A stretch of DNA of 64,000 nucleotides from Sphingomonadales bacterium Ga0077557 (GTDB lineage Bacteria > Pseudomonadota > Alphaproteobacteria > Sphingomonadales > Sphingomonadaceae), in assembly GCA_001464615.1 (NCBI GenBank), contig LNFI01000010.1, positions 38,867 to 102,866 of the forward strand. Direction: 5' to 3'. Position numbers and translations under genes: made by a program. This document shows positions 51,320 through 62,406 of this stretch, one piece after another. How positions within the stretch are numbered: the first letter of the stretch is position 1; each line of letters opens with the position of its first letter. The notes beneath the pieces were generated by a model. It saw nothing but the letters and a program-made list of their open reading frames with translations. It was not told the origin of the DNA and did no database searches.

Positions 51320-51475
51320 AACGGCATTGCTCCTTGCCGTCTTTCCTACTCAATCACATTGGGTTTGTCAAATACGTAATCGTTAAACGAATACCAATCT
51401 CATCGCAGCGGATTTTTTCACCTACGCCATCCCCGCCAAACTTGGCTTGTGCGCCACAGCTGAAACGCAAAAAAA

Positions 51476-51503
51476 GAACCGCCCGGAGTGATCCGGACGG
51501 CCC
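51476..51503 (-). terminator. Hairpin/terminator, inverted near-copy of the rplI terminator
   Basis: Minus strand GGGCCGTCCGGA-tcac-TCCGGGCGG followed by TTCTTTTTTT. Confidence 0.7.
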
Positions 51504-51558
51504 TTCATTTTTGCGCCACTCGCTATCGGCCTAAATTTATCGACCGATTTTCCACGGA

Positions 51559-51636
51559 TCAGGGAACAGCGACATAGGCACCAAGCACCGCCGCGAGGGG
51601 GATAAGCGCGAGGATGATGGGAACTACGTGCTTCAT
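51559..51636 (-). CDS. 25-aa hydrophobic small protein
   Basis: MKHVVPIILALIPLAAVLGAYVAVP*; AAAAAGGTG upstream; terminator downstream. Confidence 0.5.
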   Translation of the reverse strand: MKHVVPIILALIPLAAVLGAYVAVP

Positions 51637-51680
51637 GGGCGCACCTTTTTCACCTGAACCGGACTTTACGCTAACACTGC

Positions 51681-51736
51681 GTGACCTGCGATCAGGGTCC
51701 CGGAAGGGGGGGAGACCGGAGAACCTTGCGGGTCAC
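51681..51736 (-). ncRNA. Long hairpin with C-rich (anti-SD-like) loop; candidate sRNA or leader
   Basis: GTGACC...CCGG-UCUCCCCCCCUU-CCGG...GGTCAC on the minus strand. Confidence 0.4.
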
Positions 51737-51818
51737 AATGGCTATTCGCGGGGTCCGGCGGCTTGGTTACGCAGCGCCATGAAAAAATGAGTCGAGCCGC
51801 AAAAAATCCGGCGAACCG

Positions 51819-52991
51819 TCAGCCGCCACGCGCCAACGCGGCGTAATCCGGCAACACATGCATGCCCGAAATCACCCGGTTGGTCAGCGCCGCCGGGGCC
51901 ATGCCGAGTGCCGCCTTCAGCGCGCCGCGCGTCAGTGCCGATCGGCTATGCGATGCGCGGGCTCCCTCGGCCGATTGCTTCACATAATGCGCGATCCGCT
52001 TTAGCCGCAGCCGTTCGACGCCATCGACAATCGCTGACACGGGCCGGGTGGCGGCGATCACGCCCAGCGCGACCGCATCCTCAATCGCCTGGCACGCGCC
52101 CTGCCCCAGATTTGGCTCCATCGCATGCGCCGCATCGCCAACGCACAGGATGCGGCCTTTTCCCAATCGGGTGGGCGGCGGCTTGGCGTGGATCGAAAAG
52201 GGGATCAGGCGATCAGCCGGTGTTGCGGCGATGGCGGCGCCGATGTCGGGCATCCAATCCCGCGCCGTATCGGCAATTTGCGCATGGGTCAGCAAACGGG
52301 CCTCGGCTGAATCCGCCTCATTGCGCATGTAAAACCAATATCGCCGCCCGCCGCCGATATCGAACACGCCAAAGCGCGCGCCCAATCCCCAATATTCATG
52401 GGCAGCATGCGCGCCCGACTCACCCGCGACGGGATCGGACAATGCAAGCACCCCGCCATAACCGGCATGCCGGGGCTTGCCGCCAAGCATCGCCCCCGCC
52501 TGGCTAGACCATATCCCATCCGCGATGATGGCGATGTCGCCGCTGATGCTGGTGCCCGTGTCGAGCTGCACCGAGACACCGCCTGCATCCTGGGTAATCG
52601 CCTTCATGGCGACACCCAATGTAAGGCAGGCTGGATCGATCGCCGCCAGCAATATTGATTGCAGCGCCGCCCGCGTCACCATGTAGGACCGCGCGCCGGG
52701 ATAGGGGCTGTCATTGACCTGACGCGGCCCGATAACCGACCGGCCATCGCGCCTGAATACCGCCATCTGGTCAATCCGGGTGCCCTGATCGCGCAGGGCC
52801 GGGCCGACGCCCAGTTGATCAAGCGCATCAACGGCATTCGCCCAGATGCTCAGCGCCGCCCCTATCGGTGCCAGCACCGGGGCCCGGTCAACCACCCGCA
52901 CGCTGAAGCCCGCGCGCTCCAGCGCAATGGCGGACGCCAGCCCGGCAATGCCCGCCCCAATCACAAGTGCCGTCGGTGAAGGCGTTGTCAT
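51819..52991 (-). CDS. FAD-dependent monooxygenase
   Basis: IGAGIAGL, IADGIWS, CVGDAAHAMEPNLGQGACQAIEDA. Confidence 0.92.
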   Translation of the reverse strand: MTTPSPTALVIGAGIAGLASAIALERAGFSVRVVDRAPVLAPIGAALSIWANAVDALDQLGVGPALRDQGTRIDQMAVFRRDGRSVIGPRQVNDSPYPGARSYMVTRAALQSILLAAIDPACLTLGVAMKAITQDAGGVSVQLDTGTSISGDIAIIADGIWSSQAGAMLGGKPRHAGYGGVLALSDPVAGESGAHAAHEYWGLGARFGVFDIGGGRRYWFYMRNEADSAEARLLTHAQIADTARDWMPDIGAAIAATPADRLIPFSIHAKPPPTRLGKGRILCVGDAAHAMEPNLGQGACQAIEDAVALGVIAATRPVSAIVDGVERLRLKRIAHYVKQSAEGARASHSRSALTRGALKAALGMAPAALTNRVISGMHVLPDYAALARGG

Positions 52992-53063
52992 TGCTGTAGC
53001 TTATGGCCGCTCGACCGGTTTCTCAACACCCGCCTGGCATCGCCAAACCCAATAATGGGCCGA

Positions 53064-54566
53064 TCATGGTCGATCAGCTCCGTTGGCGTCTGAAATGGTG
53101 ACGGCATTGCTCATCAGGATGACTTTGCCATCGGGTGCACGAACGACAGCGCGCACCAGCAACGGCCGCTCATGCCGATCGATCGGCAAATCAACATCCC
53201 GCGCGTCATCAATCGCGACACTGGTGATCACCGCATCGCCCGCCATTAGATCAAGTCGCGCGCCGGGCGCAGCGCGCACCGTCATATGGGCGATCAGCGG
53301 GTCGCCCGCTCCTGCGCGCAATATTGATCCCATCGCCGCCGTTGTCCGCCCATTCGACACGCGCAGATCGAGCATCGATTCCGCCATGCCGCCAATGTCG
53401 ATAAACACCCGGCCAGCCCGCAGCCCAGCCAGCACAGCGCGTTGTGTCAGCCCGTCGGCCCATACCACCGTCGTCGGACGCCCCACGCTTCCCGCGATTG
53501 GGGCGGTTTGTGCGCCGTCATGATTGTCACTGCCGCCGATTGCTGTCACCGGCCGCTGTGCACGCAGCGTCTTCAGCCAGAAGGCCCTGCCCGATAGCGG
53601 CCCCTCCACCCCGCCGGGCAGCAACGCCGCGCCGCCATTCACCACTTCAATCGCATCGACCCGCGCAAGATCAGCACCCGGCATCGCCCAGCCGCAGCCC
53701 ATGCATGGCTCCCCCGACGGCAAAGCCGGATGATTGATCGACACAATTCCACCCAAAGCATGGACGCGATCGGCAATCGCGTTGAAGCTCACCGGGCCGT
53801 TTGGCGTAATCCGGTAATCAATCGGTGCGCTCACGCCGAAGATGTTGAAATGCCCGAAAAAGGTCGTGATCTCACGCCCGGGGATCAGCAACAACCGATC
53901 GAAATAGGGCTGCGCCTCGCGGATCGCCGCCTGCGCGCTGGTCGTGTTGTGATCGGTGATCGCCACGAAATCCAGGCCATGTTCGGCGGCAGTCTCCAGC
54001 GTCTTGAAAACCGGACACGGTACGCGCTTCCCGCTCTGGCTGGGGCACGTGCCGTCGCTATGCGCGCTGTGCAGGTGCAGGTCACCGCGATACCAGCCGG
54101 GGCCTCGATCCGCGAGCGGCGATGCGGCCAGCTCGGCCTCGGCTGCCCGCAGATACCAGATCCGCGCCGTCCAGCGGGCGGTAATGCCGGGCCGGATATT
54201 GGGCACCGCCAGCACCAGTCGCCACCGCCCCGGCTCAATCCGACCGGGCAGATAGGATGGCGTCGCGTCGCTCTCCGCAATCGTGAAGTCCGCCTTGTTC
54301 CCGCCGCTTGATCCGCGCAAGCCGTGCTGGTCCTCAACGCCCAGATCGATCACCGTCTTCTGCGCGCGCTGGTCATAATCAAACGCCACCACCAGCCGCT
54401 CCGTCCCGCGCGGCACGGTAAAGGGCACCGCGCGATACCGCTGATAATCCGCGCGGGTGATTGTGCCGCTGAGCTGTTGATCCGGCAGTCGCATCGGCAC
54501 CTGCGCACCTGCCTGCACAGCCCATCCCGTCACCAGCAGCGCCAGAATGAGCCAGGTCAGCCGCAT
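53064..54566 (-). CDS. Secreted PHP-domain metallohydrolase (CehA/McbA-like)
   Basis: Signal peptide; WYRGDLHLHSAHSDG, AITDHN, INHP, IGGSDNH. Confidence 0.82.
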   Translation of the reverse strand: MRLTWLILALLVTGWAVQAGAQVPMRLPDQQLSGTITRADYQRYRAVPFTVPRGTERLVVAFDYDQRAQKTVIDLGVEDQHGLRGSSGGNKADFTIAESDATPSYLPGRIEPGRWRLVLAVPNIRPGITARWTARIWYLRAAEAELAASPLADRGPGWYRGDLHLHSAHSDGTCPSQSGKRVPCPVFKTLETAAEHGLDFVAITDHNTTSAQAAIREAQPYFDRLLLIPGREITTFFGHFNIFGVSAPIDYRITPNGPVSFNAIADRVHALGGIVSINHPALPSGEPCMGCGWAMPGADLARVDAIEVVNGGAALLPGGVEGPLSGRAFWLKTLRAQRPVTAIGGSDNHDGAQTAPIAGSVGRPTTVVWADGLTQRAVLAGLRAGRVFIDIGGMAESMLDLRVSNGRTTAAMGSILRAGAGDPLIAHMTVRAAPGARLDLMAGDAVITSVAIDDARDVDLPIDRHERPLLVRAVVRAPDGKVILMSNAVTISDANGADRP

Positions 54567-54570
54567 CAAA

Positions 54571-56331
54571 TCACTTCCGCCCAAACAGCTTTTCGATGTC
54601 GCCATGCGCCAGCTTCACCCAGGTCGGGCGGCCATGGTTGCACTGGCCCGAATTCGGCGTGACCTCCATTTCGCGGAGCAGCGCGTTCATTTCGGCGACC
54701 GACAGCACGCGCCCGGCCCGCACCGATCCATGGCACGCCATCGTCGCCGCAACATGGTCCAGCCGCTCCTTGAGCGACAGCGCCTCATCATACGCCGCGA
54801 GTTCGTCGGCCAGGTCAGTGACGAGACCCACCACATCGCCCTGCCCCAGCATCGCCGGCACGCTGCGCACGAGCATGGCGCGCGGACCGAAGCGTTCCAG
54901 ATCGAGCCCGAAATCGGCCAGCTCGCCAATCCGCGCATCAAGCCGGTCGCACGCAGTTTCCTCCAACTCCACCACTTCGGGCAACAGCAAAGCCTGTGCC
55001 GCAATCCCGCCGCCCGCCATCCCCCGCCGCATGCGTTCAAGCACCAGCCGTTCATGCGCGGCATGCTGATCGACAATCACCAGCCCGTCCTCAGCTTCAG
55101 CGACGATATAGGTCTTCGCCACCTGCCCGCGCGCCACGCCCAGCGGAAACGCGTGCGTCTCAGGCGGGGGCGCATAGGCAGGCTCAGCGCGGCCCTGCGG
55201 CGGTGGGGTAATGAAGCCGGGGCGGCGATCATAAACGGCCGATGGACGGTTGCCCCCCTGCCCCCAAATCTCGGCTTGCGGCGACGCCACCACGGGCTCG
55301 CGCGTCCACGCCGCCAGTGCCGCCTCATCGGGCCGCTGCATGCTGCGATGCCCCGCCTCGCCCAGCGCCTGTTTCAAGCCACTCACGATCAGCCCGCGCA
55401 CCAGTGCCGGATCGCGAAAGCGCACCTCGGTCTTGGCGGGGTGGACATTTACATCGACCATATCGCTCGGCACGTCCAGGAACAGCGCCACCACCGCATG
55501 CCGGTCACGCGCCAGCACATCGGCATAGGCCCCGCGCACCGCGCCAACGAGCAACCGGTCCTTCACGGGGCGGCCATTGACGAACAGATATTGGTGATCG
55601 GCAATGCCGCGATTGAAGGTCGGCAAACCCGCCACCCCGCCCAGCACGATCCCTTCGCGTTCCAGATCAACCGCCACGCTGTTTTCAATCAGCGCCCGGT
55701 CAGTCAGCGCCGCAACGCGCTGCGGCCGCCCCGCCGCTGGCGCAACATTGAGCGCACTGCGCCCGTCATGATCGAGCGCAAAACCAATGTCGGGCCGTGC
55801 CATGGCAAGGCGCCGGACAACGTCCATGCACGCGGCATATTCAGCGCGCGCACTCCGCAAAAACTTGCGACGCGCGGGGACGCGTTCAAACAGCCCCTCA
55901 ACCCGCACTCTGGTGCCCGGCGGCAGGCCAGCCGGCCCTTCGCTGACCAGGACGCCATTATCGATAATCCGCTGCCAGCCTTCACTCCCACGGACCCGGC
56001 TTTCCAGCGTCATCCGCGCGACGCTGGCGATTGAGGGCAGCGCTTCGCCGCGAAACCCCAGCGTCGTCACCGCATCGATCATCTCATCGGGCAATTTGGA
56101 GGTTGCGTGCCGCTCCAGCGCCAAGGCCATGTCGTCCGGCGTCATGCCGATCCCGTCGTCGATCACCTCGACCAGATCGATACCCCCGCCGGCCAGCTTG
56201 ATCGCAATTCGGGATGCGCCAGCATCCAAAGCGTTTTCAACGAGTTCCTTCAACGCACTGGCGGGGCGTTCCACCACTTCACCAGCAGCAATGCGATTGA
56301 CGAGATGTTCAGGCAAGCGGCGTATTGACAT
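54571..56331 (-). CDS. mutL: DNA mismatch repair endonuclease MutL
   Basis: NRIAAGEVVERP, LGFRGEALPSI, VNVHPAKTEVRF, DQHAAHERL, CNHGRPT. Confidence 0.98.
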   Translation of the reverse strand: MSIRRLPEHLVNRIAAGEVVERPASALKELVENALDAGASRIAIKLAGGGIDLVEVIDDGIGMTPDDMALALERHATSKLPDEMIDAVTTLGFRGEALPSIASVARMTLESRVRGSEGWQRIIDNGVLVSEGPAGLPPGTRVRVEGLFERVPARRKFLRSARAEYAACMDVVRRLAMARPDIGFALDHDGRSALNVAPAAGRPQRVAALTDRALIENSVAVDLEREGIVLGGVAGLPTFNRGIADHQYLFVNGRPVKDRLLVGAVRGAYADVLARDRHAVVALFLDVPSDMVDVNVHPAKTEVRFRDPALVRGLIVSGLKQALGEAGHRSMQRPDEAALAAWTREPVVASPQAEIWGQGGNRPSAVYDRRPGFITPPPQGRAEPAYAPPPETHAFPLGVARGQVAKTYIVAEAEDGLVIVDQHAAHERLVLERMRRGMAGGGIAAQALLLPEVVELEETACDRLDARIGELADFGLDLERFGPRAMLVRSVPAMLGQGDVVGLVTDLADELAAYDEALSLKERLDHVAATMACHGSVRAGRVLSVAEMNALLREMEVTPNSGQCNHGRPTWVKLAHGDIEKLFGRK

Positions 56332-56506
56332 GGGGGGCTGTCTAGCCCAATCGGCGGCATTCCGCGACCCGCATCAACAACCAACCAGAGCGTGGATTTT
56401 CCAAGCTTTGTCGGTTTCGAATAGGCATATTCGGTTGACGCCGGAAGCGAATCGTAAGTGCGAACTGCTGTTGCCGGAACGGGCGCAGCCATTGACGGGA
56501 ATGTAG

Positions 56507-57547
<1,041 letters not shown>

Positions 57548-57563
57548 GCGGGCGATAGCGTAG

Positions 57564-58445
57564 ATGGCTCTGGCGTCGTCTCGTCCCCGGCGCCCCGGAT
57601 TTTCACGGCGCGCGCAATATGGCCTGTTCATGGGCTATGTGGTGGCGGTTGCCGGTTCGCTGGTTGCTGCCGCCTTGCTGGCGCTGTCGACCTTTGATCC
57701 GGCGACGTTCGCCGCGTTTCGGCTTGCTGTTGCCGAACTGACCACGCCCGTTTCTTCGGGCTTTGGGGCGATTGGGCGCGGCATCCTTTCGGTGCCCGGC
57801 GGAATCAATGATTATTTCGCGGTCAAACAGCGCAACGAAGCGCTGCGCAAGCAGATCGAGGATTCGCGGGCGGTGCTGATGCGCGCGCGCGCGCTGTCCT
57901 ATGATAATCGGCGGCTCAAAAAATTGCTCGCGCTGCGCGAACGGACCAGCGCCCCGGTAACAACGGCGCGGCTGGTCAGCTCAAGCGCGTCGAGCACGCG
58001 GCGCTTTGCCGTGCTCAATGCCGGTTTTCGCCAGGGCGTGGCCGTCGGCCAGCCGGTCCGCGGGCCAGAAGGACTGGTGGGACGCATTTTGGAAGCCGGC
58101 CCGAATACCGCGCGCGTGCTGTTGCTGACCGATCCGGAAAGCATCGTGCCGGTTCGCCGGATGCGCGATGGCTTACCCGCCATTGCCGCCGGTCGTGGCG
58201 ATGGCTGGATTGAAATCCGCTCGGTCAATCTGATCAATGCACGGTTTGATCCCGGCGATATCTTCATCACATCGGGCACCGGTGGCATCTATGCCCCCAA
58301 TATCCCCGTTGCCCGTGTCGTCCGAAAGGGCAACGACATCGCCTTGGCCCGCACCTTCACGCAGCCTGACACGCTTGATTTTGCGCTGGTCCAGCGCGCC
58401 TTCCTGCCGATGCCGCCCGCTGAAGGACAGGTCGCCAAGCCGTGA
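57564..58445 (+). CDS. mreC: Rod shape-determining protein MreC
   Basis: TM, coiled coil, GLVGRI, FITSGTGGIY; position in the mre operon. Confidence 0.95.
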   Translation: MALASSRPRRPGFSRRAQYGLFMGYVVAVAGSLVAAALLALSTFDPATFAAFRLAVAELTTPVSSGFGAIGRGILSVPGGINDYFAVKQRNEALRKQIEDSRAVLMRARALSYDNRRLKKLLALRERTSAPVTTARLVSSSASSTRRFAVLNAGFRQGVAVGQPVRGPEGLVGRILEAGPNTARVLLLTDPESIVPVRRMRDGLPAIAAGRGDGWIEIRSVNLINARFDPGDIFITSGTGGIYAPNIPVARVVRKGNDIALARTFTQPDTLDFALVQRAFLPMPPAEGQVAKP

Positions 58446-58954
58446 GCGATCCGATCCTTGGCCCCTATGATGCCAACGCACCGAAACAGTCTGCATCGAC
58501 AGTTCCCGCGCTCACCGTGATGGCCGGGTCGGCGCTGACGCTGTTGCCGATGATTTTCACCTTCCCGATTTTACCGCCCTTCGGCCTGATGATCCTGCTG
58601 GGCTGGCGCTTGGCCCGCCCTGATGCATTACCGATCTGGTCGCCATTATTGCTCGGATTGTTCGACGATCTGATCAGCGGCCAGCCGCTGGGCAGCGCGA
58701 TGTTATTGTGGATGATCGGTTTTCTGGTTATTGATCTGCTTGATCAACGCCTGGTCTGGCGCGATTTCTGGCAGGACTGGCTGCTCGCGGCAGGGGCCAT
58801 CGCCGCCAGCTTGATCGCCGGTCGGCTGGTAGCGTCCCCGATCGGGGCGCATGTCGATACTGTGCTGTTGCTCCAGGTGATCGTCTCGATCATGCTGTAT
58901 CCGGTGATTTCCAGGCTTATCGCCTGGCTGGACCGCAAACGGAAACCTGCATGA
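58442..58954 (+). CDS. mreD: Rod shape-determining protein MreD
   Basis: Hydrophobic, LGLFDDLISGQPLG; position in the mre operon. Confidence 0.9.
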   Translation: MSDPILGPYDANAPKQSASTVPALTVMAGSALTLLPMIFTFPILPPFGLMILLGWRLARPDALPIWSPLLLGLFDDLISGQPLGSAMLLWMIGFLVIDLLDQRLVWRDFWQDWLLAAGAIAASLIAGRLVASPIGAHVDTVLLLQVIVSIMLYPVISRLIAWLDRKRKPA

Positions 58955-61032
58955 ACCGTCCGACCCGGATAGTTACTGAAGCGAACCAGTCCTATAGCTT
59001 CACCCGTCGTGCGGTGGCGCTGGGGGCGATTCAGGGTGGCGTCGGGCTGGTTCTGGCGGCGCGGATGGGCTGGCTTTCGATCGCCGAGAACGAACATTAC
59101 CAGATGATGGCGGAGAGCAACCGCGTCAACATGACGCTGATGCCACCCCGTCGCGGCTGGATCGTCGATCGCCACGGCGTGCCGATTGCCAATAACCGCA
59201 CCGATTTCCGCGTCGATATCATCCCCGATCGCCTGCAGGACAAAGAACGCGTCTTTGCCCTGCTAAAGGAAATCCTGGTGCTGACGCCTGAGGATATCGA
59301 GCGGATCAAGCTTGATATAAAGGGTGCAGCCGGGTTTCAGCCGGTGCAGGTTGCGCAAAATCTGGATTGGGAGCGCTTTGCGGCGGTCAGCGTGCGGCTA
59401 CCGGAATTGCCGGGCGTCGCCCCCACGCGCGGTTTTGCGCGCAACTATCCCGGCGGGGCAGCGGTTGCCCACCTGACCGGCTATGTCGGTTCGGCCTCCG
59501 CAGAACAGTATCGCAAAACGCGCGATCCCTTGCTCGTCACACCGGGTTTCAAACTCGGCAAGGACGGCCTTGAAAAGGCGCTGGAAAGCGAATTGCGCGG
59601 CGTGCCAGGGGCAAAGCGGATCGAAGTCACGGCGCGCGGCAAACTGGTCCGCGAACTGGCGTCGCGCACCGATCAGCCCGGCAAAACCGGTCGGCTGACA
59701 ATCGACATTGGCTTGCAGGAATATGCGGCCCGCCGCTTGGGCACCAATTCGGGATCGGCCGTGGTGATCGATTGCCTGACGGGCGAAATGCTCGCGATGG
59801 TTTCGATGCCGGCCTATGATCCGAATAGCTTCTCCGACGGCATTAGTCATCTCGAATGGCAAATGCTGTCAGACGATGATCACGTGCCGTTGATGAACAA
59901 GACGCTGCAGGGGCTCTATCCGCCTGGCTCCACGGTAAAACCAATGAATGCCCTGGCGCTGATGGCAGCGGGCGTTGATCCTGAAGACCGGGTGAGCTGC
60001 TCTGGCGCGATGCGCGTTGGCAATGGTGTGTTCCACTGCCACAAACGCGGTGGGCATGGCGCGCTCAACATGAAAAACGCGGTCATGCAGAGCTGCGATA
60101 TCTATTTCTTCGAAATGGCGCGGCGGCTTGGCTATGGCCGGATCGCCCCGGTGGCCCGCCTTCTTGGCCTGGGGCAGAAATTCGATCTGCCTTTTGCTTC
60201 GCAGCGCTTTGGCACCATGCCCGATCCGGCCTGGAAGCTCGCCAAATATAAGGAAGAATGGACGGTCGCGGATTCGCTCAACGCGTCAATCGGCCAGGGC
60301 TATGTGCTCGCCAATCCGCTCCAGCTGGCAGTCATGGCATCGCGGATCGCGTCTGGCCGGCAATTGCAGCCCAGCATCCTGGCCGATCAGGTGCCTCCTG
60401 CCCCGACACTCGGGATTGATCCTGCGCATCTCGCTCAGGTGCGCGATGCGATGTACGGCGTGGTCAATGAAGGCGGCACTGGCGGCGCGGCGCGTTTGCT
60501 GGTCCCGGGCGTTGCAATCGCCGCCAAGACCGGCACCGCGCAGGTCCGCCGGATCACCATGGCCGAACGCGCATCGGGCGTGCTCAAAAACGGCCAGCTC
60601 CCCTTCAAACTGCGCGATCACGCGCTGTTCGTCTGTTTCGCGCCAGCGGATAAGCCGCGCTATGCCGCCGCCATCGTGCTTGAACATAACGGCCATACCG
60701 TCCGCAACCTCGATACGCCGATGATCGGGCGCGATATCATGACCTATTTGTTCGATCGTGATCGTGCCGTGGCGGCGCTGGCTGAGGTCGAACCCAGCTG
60801 GGGTGGCGATATCCGCACGCGGATGGCAGCGTCAGCTGAGGAGTATCGGTTGGCCGCTGGTGGCGCGCCATCAGCCGTGGCGGCAGCGACCGAAGCCAAT
60901 GCAACGGCGGCGACAGAAGCCCCTGCGGTTACAGCTGCCGCTGCCGCCAGCACCGCCAATGCTGCCATTGTTGGCAACACCAGCGGTGGGGGCATTGCCG
61001 CCGAAGGATCGACGGAGTCGCCCGAACCATGA
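58951..61032 (+). CDS. mrdA: Penicillin-binding protein 2
   Basis: PPGSTVKP (SxxK), SCD, KTGTAQ. Confidence 0.96.
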   Translation: MNRPTRIVTEANQSYSFTRRAVALGAIQGGVGLVLAARMGWLSIAENEHYQMMAESNRVNMTLMPPRRGWIVDRHGVPIANNRTDFRVDIIPDRLQDKERVFALLKEILVLTPEDIERIKLDIKGAAGFQPVQVAQNLDWERFAAVSVRLPELPGVAPTRGFARNYPGGAAVAHLTGYVGSASAEQYRKTRDPLLVTPGFKLGKDGLEKALESELRGVPGAKRIEVTARGKLVRELASRTDQPGKTGRLTIDIGLQEYAARRLGTNSGSAVVIDCLTGEMLAMVSMPAYDPNSFSDGISHLEWQMLSDDDHVPLMNKTLQGLYPPGSTVKPMNALALMAAGVDPEDRVSCSGAMRVGNGVFHCHKRGGHGALNMKNAVMQSCDIYFFEMARRLGYGRIAPVARLLGLGQKFDLPFASQRFGTMPDPAWKLAKYKEEWTVADSLNASIGQGYVLANPLQLAVMASRIASGRQLQPSILADQVPPAPTLGIDPAHLAQVRDAMYGVVNEGGTGGAARLLVPGVAIAAKTGTAQVRRITMAERASGVLKNGQLPFKLRDHALFVCFAPADKPRYAAAIVLEHNGHTVRNLDTPMIGRDIMTYLFDRDRAVAALAEVEPSWGGDIRTRMAASAEEYRLAAGGAPSAVAAATEANATAATEAPAVTAAAAASTANAAIVGNTSGGGIAAEGSTESPEP

Positions 61033-62147
61033 GTTCGAAATATGAATTCGTGCCCGCCCCGCTCGCCCAGCTGCCGTGGCGCGTCATTTTGCTGGTGCTG
61101 GGCATTGGCTGTTTCGGCCTGGTCATCCTCTTTTCCGCAGCCGGCGGTTCTTGGCGCCCCTGGGCGCTGCCGCAAGGCATCCGCCTGTTCGCCTTCCTTG
61201 CCGGCGCCGTGATGCTGTCGCGCGTCCGCGAGAATATCTGGGGGACGATCGCCCTGCCCGGTTATGGCATTCTCGTTTTCATGTTGGTGCTCGTCGAACT
61301 GATCGGCGCGGTGCGTGGCGGCGGCCAGCGCTGGCTGGATCTTGGCATGGGGTTCAGGCTCCAGCCGTCCGAGCTGATGAAGCCCTGGATCGTGCTGGCG
61401 GTCGCCAAATTCTATGATCTCCTGCCCCCCAATGAAACGCGGCGTTTCGGCGCGATCTGGCCAGCAGCGGCGTTGATCCTCTTCCCGGCATTGCTGGTCA
61501 TGAAACAGCCCGATCTTGGCACGGCGCTGATGATTGTCGGCGGTGGCGTCACCGTGATGTTCCTCGCGGGCGTGCCGTTGCGCTTGTTCATTGGCGGCGC
61601 CTTGGCGATGGCAGCGGCTGTCCCGCTCGCCGTCAATTTCCTGCTGCATGATTATCAGCGCAACCGGATCCTCGTTTTCCTCAACCCGGAGAGCGATCCG
61701 CTCGGCACCGGCTATCACATCAGCCAGTCGAAAATCGCGATCGGCTCAGGCGGGATCTTCGGCAAGGGCTTCCTCAACGGCACCCAGAGCCATCTCGATT
61801 ATCTGCCAGAGGGTCATACTGACTTCATCTTCGCGACGATGGCAGAGGAATGGGGCCTGTTGGGCGGCCTGGTGCTGATTTTGACCTTCTTCCTGCTGAT
61901 CAATTGGGGCATCACCGTTGCCATGCGCGCGCAGACCCGGTTCGCCCGGCTCGCCGCGGCCGGCCTTGCCAGCACGATCTTTTTCTACGTCGCGATCAAT
62001 CTTCTCATGGTTATGGGCCTCGCACCCGTCGTCGGCATCCCGTTACCCCTGGTCAGTTGGGGCGGCTCCGCACAAATGACCGTCTTAATCTGCATCGGCA
62101 TCCTAATGTCCATCGACCGCCAAAACCGTCAGGTGGTGCGCTGGTAA
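61029..62147 (+). CDS. rodA: Rod shape-determining protein RodA
   Basis: LQPSE, QPDLGT, YLPEGHTDFIF, PLVSWGGS. Confidence 0.96.
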   Translation: MSSKYEFVPAPLAQLPWRVILLVLGIGCFGLVILFSAAGGSWRPWALPQGIRLFAFLAGAVMLSRVRENIWGTIALPGYGILVFMLVLVELIGAVRGGGQRWLDLGMGFRLQPSELMKPWIVLAVAKFYDLLPPNETRRFGAIWPAAALILFPALLVMKQPDLGTALMIVGGGVTVMFLAGVPLRLFIGGALAMAAAVPLAVNFLLHDYQRNRILVFLNPESDPLGTGYHISQSKIAIGSGGIFGKGFLNGTQSHLDYLPEGHTDFIFATMAEEWGLLGGLVLILTFFLLINWGITVAMRAQTRFARLAAAGLASTIFFYVAINLLMVMGLAPVVGIPLPLVSWGGSAQMTVLICIGILMSIDRQNRQVVRW

Positions 62148-62254
62148 AAAAAGCCACGCAAAGGGGTTTGCAATCATCGCAATCGGGTGCTAACCGCCCA
62201 CCTCCAATCGCGAACGCACCTACCAAGGCGCGGTCTTTTTTCGCAGATCGGCAT

Positions 62255-62330
<76 letters not shown>

Positions 62331-62384
62331 AACTTCTCAACGGCTTAGGTGCAAACATACACCCCTCCCAAGGGGCTGTCGAGA

Positions 62385-62406
62385 GCCACGTAATCGCCAC
62401 GTAATC
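62385..62406. repeat. Tandem 11-bp repeat GCCACGTAATC x2 (candidate integrase arm site)
   Basis: Exact duplication 55 nt downstream of the tRNA, at the start of island-like DNA. Confidence 0.55.

Larger units (their letters stand above)
48169..51384 (-). mobile_element. IS1595-family element with passenger genes (3216 bp)
   Basis: Perfect 20-bp inverted repeats ATTACGTATTTGACAAACCC (48173-48192 / 51361-51380); 8-bp direct repeat AAACGAAT at 48161-48168 and 51385-51392. Confidence 0.93.

Noticed and set aside
60840-61032. Ala-rich C-terminal extension of PBP2 (and of SecG)
   Set aside because: Low-complexity tails of this kind are common in sphingomonad envelope proteins; no frameshift evident.
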